Assembly: GCA_963796685.1 (NCBI GenBank)
Contig: CAWCMR010000013.1
Location: 256,001 to 320,000, forward strand
DNA length: 64,000 nt
Direction: 5' to 3'
Origin: an uncultured delta proteobacterium
GTDB lineage: Bacteria; Myxococcota_A; Polyangia; Fen-1088
Part shown: piece by piece, positions 61,884-64,000 of the stretch
Layout: each line of letters starts with the position of its first letter
Position numbering within the stretch: the first letter of the stretch is position 1
Translations under genes and position numbers: made by a program
Notes under the pieces: model-generated
The model's database searches: none
What the model saw: only the letters and a program-made list of their open reading frames with translations
What the model was told of the DNA's origin: nothing

Positions 61884-63467
61884 ATGACATTCCTTGAAGC
61901 GGCGCTGGAGATTCTCAAGCGCGAGCGGAAGCCCCTGCACTACAAGGAGCTGACCGAAAAAGCCATGGAGCGCAAGCTCCTGACCTTCGTGGGGCGCACC
62001 CCGGAGGTCACCATGCAAACCCAGCTCACCAGCGCGGTGAAGAAGGCTCCAGGCGCCCCGTTCGTTCGGGTCAAGCCCGGCGTATTCGGACTTCTGCGCT
62101 ACCCCGAGGCTGCTCCCGAACCCGAGCCCGTGGTGGTCGAGGAGGTGACGGCGGCGCCTGGCGAAGAGAAACCCGCGGAGACGGCCGAAGCTCGCGGACG
62201 GCGGCGACGACGAGGAGGTCGGGGCCGTCGCAGGGATCGCCAAGGTGGAGACGAGCCGCGTGCGGAGGGTGCGCCCGAAGGGACCAAGGCCGGGGCCGCC
62301 GAACACCGAGATGTCGACAGTGCGGGTGCCGCGACCGGCGACGAGCAAGACGGTGCCGAAGAACCGAATATCGGCACGCTTTCCGCCGAGGCGCGCGCCG
62401 CAGCTCTGGCCGAGACGGGTGTGCTCGAGGGCGATATCGAGGAGGAGGAGTCGGACCTCGATGCCGGCGACGCTGACGAGGACGAACCCGAGGGCCAACC
62501 GCGGCAAGCGGTGCCATCGGAGGACAATGCGGTGCGCGACGAGGCCGGCGCTGCTTCCGGTTCGACACCTTCCGACGACGTGGATTCGACCCCTGCGCCG
62601 ATATCGGAGTCTGAGCCGACTCCAGGCTCGGTCAGCGCTTCCTCCGGGGCGCAAACACCAAGTGGCGCGTCGGAAAGTGGCGGTCAGGGCGGACGCAAAG
62701 TCATGTCGCCCGTGGATGCGGCCATCGAGATCCTCAAAGGGCAAAGTCCTGGACGTGGCGTGCACGTGCGGCAGATCGCGGACAGTGCGGTTCGGCGGCG
62801 GCTCATCCACGGCGAGCCTAACGAAGCGTGGCGGGTCATGCGGGCGGCCCTTGCCTCCGAGGCCAAGGAACGCCTGCGTGCAGGGCTCAGGCCGCGCATC
62901 AAGTCCGCCGGCAGCGGGCTCTTCGCCCTGTCCAGACGCAGCCCCGATGCCGACTTGGAGAAGGCGGAATACGTCTTCGGCGAAGCCAGACGTGCTTTGC
63001 GCGAACGGACGCTGGCCGCTCTCGAGCAGCGCCTGGGCGAGCTTACGCCGGCTTCCTTCGAAGCCATCGCACGCGTCTTGTTGCAGCGCGAAGGCTTTGG
63101 CCCCGCGACTTTCGTCAAGCGTGTCGAGGGAACCATCTACGTCGAGGCCCTGCGCGGACGAGGATTCAGGCCGTCCCGTTGCCTTGTCGCCTTGCGCCCC
63201 GGCGTGACGGCCGCTGGTCGGCGCGCGCTGGGCGAATTGCGCGCGGGGATTCGCGCGCGCAATCAAGACGAGGGGCTGCTTCTGCTCGCGGGACGACTGG
63301 CCGACGATGCCATCAGCGAATGGAAGCAACCTGGGCAGCCGATCGAAGTGGTGGACGGTCCGGCCATGGCTGAAACCTGCGTTCGTCACGGTATCGGTGT
63401 GATAGGCGCTACGGTCGCCGTCGACCTCATCGACGCCGACTTCTTCGCCGAGCTGTCGGAGGGGTAG
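61884..63467 (+). CDS. Two HARE-HTH domains + acidic linker + degenerate Mrr-like nuclease domain
   Basis: MTFLEAALEIL..PLHYKEL..TPEVTM..PGVFGL; second SPVDAAIEIL..GLFAL; LTPASFEAIARVLL..GF..IEVVDG..HGIGV. Confidence 0.85.
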   Translation: MTFLEAALEILKRERKPLHYKELTEKAMERKLLTFVGRTPEVTMQTQLTSAVKKAPGAPFVRVKPGVFGLLRYPEAAPEPEPVVVEEVTAAPGEEKPAETAEARGRRRRRGGRGRRRDRQGGDEPRAEGAPEGTKAGAAEHRDVDSAGAATGDEQDGAEEPNIGTLSAEARAAALAETGVLEGDIEEEESDLDAGDADEDEPEGQPRQAVPSEDNAVRDEAGAASGSTPSDDVDSTPAPISESEPTPGSVSASSGAQTPSGASESGGQGGRKVMSPVDAAIEILKGQSPGRGVHVRQIADSAVRRRLIHGEPNEAWRVMRAALASEAKERLRAGLRPRIKSAGSGLFALSRRSPDADLEKAEYVFGEARRALRERTLAALEQRLGELTPASFEAIARVLLQREGFGPATFVKRVEGTIYVEALRGRGFRPSRCLVALRPGVTAAGRRALGELRAGIRARNQDEGLLLLAGRLADDAISEWKQPGQPIEVVDGPAMAETCVRHGIGVIGATVAVDLIDADFFAELSEG

Positions 63468-63494
63468 TCTTCGCGTTCCGCGCGAATCCAGCGC

Positions 63495-64000
63495 TTGCAC
63501 ACGAGCCAGGGCCGGCGGAATGGGCATGGCTCGGACGCGTACCCTATGCCGAGGCGCTGCGTCTGCAAGAACAGGTTCGGGATCAGGTCGCCGCGGGGCG
63601 GGCAGCTGACACCCTGCTTCTGCAGGAGCACGAGCCCGTCATCACCCTGGGCCGAAGCGCGGATCCGGCGCACGTGCTCGCCTCTCCCGAGGAGTTGCGC
63701 GATAGATGCATTTCCGTGATCCGCACTTCGCGCGGTGGCGACGTCACCTTCCACGGGCCCGGTCAGATGGTCGGATACCCGATTTATCGCTTGCGGCGAG
63801 GCGTTCGCGCCCACGTGATGGCCATGGCAGAGGCGGTCGTCGCGGTCCTCGGCTACATGGGCATCGCGGCCGAGTGGCGCGCATCGCAGCCCGGGATCTG
63901 GGTAGGCCCCGACAAGATATGCGCCGTGGGCGTCCATGTTCGCCGCCGCGTGGCCATGCACGGATTTGCCCTCAACGTGAACAACGATCTCGCTTCCTTC
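63495..64000 (+). CDS. lipB: Lipoyl(octanoyl) transferase LipB (runs off window; start uncertain)
   Basis: Frame from 63518: WLGRVPYAEALRLQ..EHEPVITLGR..RGGDVTFHGPGQMVGYP..GIWV..KICAVG..HGFALNV. Confidence 0.93.

Noticed and set aside
61884-63467. Active type IV restriction/defence system
   Set aside because: Catalytic residues appear absent and there are no defence-island neighbours.

Overview
High-GC, gene-dense chromosomal segment, most likely from a myxobacterium (Myxococcota/Polyangia-like; inferred from a MYXO-CTERM-type tail, PEGA/TPR proteins, Gly/Ser-rich Cys-rich lipoproteins and FHA/Ser-Thr kinase genes). The housekeeping backbone comprises era-der, HU, efp-epmA, yajC-secD-secF-recJ, prfB (programmed +1 frameshift)-lysS-lolC/E-lolD-bamA, folD, queG, gap, hemE, dciA, ridA, rpmB and lipB. 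It is interspersed with uncharacterised envelope proteins. I found no rRNA, tRNA, CRISPR array, transposase or prophage. Most notable: (1) a family of ~72-91 bp two-hairpin intergenic elements, present as two tandem arrays and one inverted solo copy, whose sequences differ while their stems co-vary; (2) separate GTAG-type REPs and a modular repeat mosaic after bamA; (3) four apparent pseudoenzymes with lost catalytic residues (FHA-TadA/CpaF ATPase, Zn-PLC/P1 nuclease, D-Ala-D-Ala ligase, double HARE-HTH + Mrr), the first two beside a kinase-PP2C-FHA operon; (4) a DnaA-box cluster between prfB and lysS; (5) a divergent pair of non-formylglycine sulfatase-fold proteins; (6) a 38-codon TauE remnant; (7) several 1-2 nt frameshifts that may be assembly errors. 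Family calls come from motif recognition by eye; no database searches were run.
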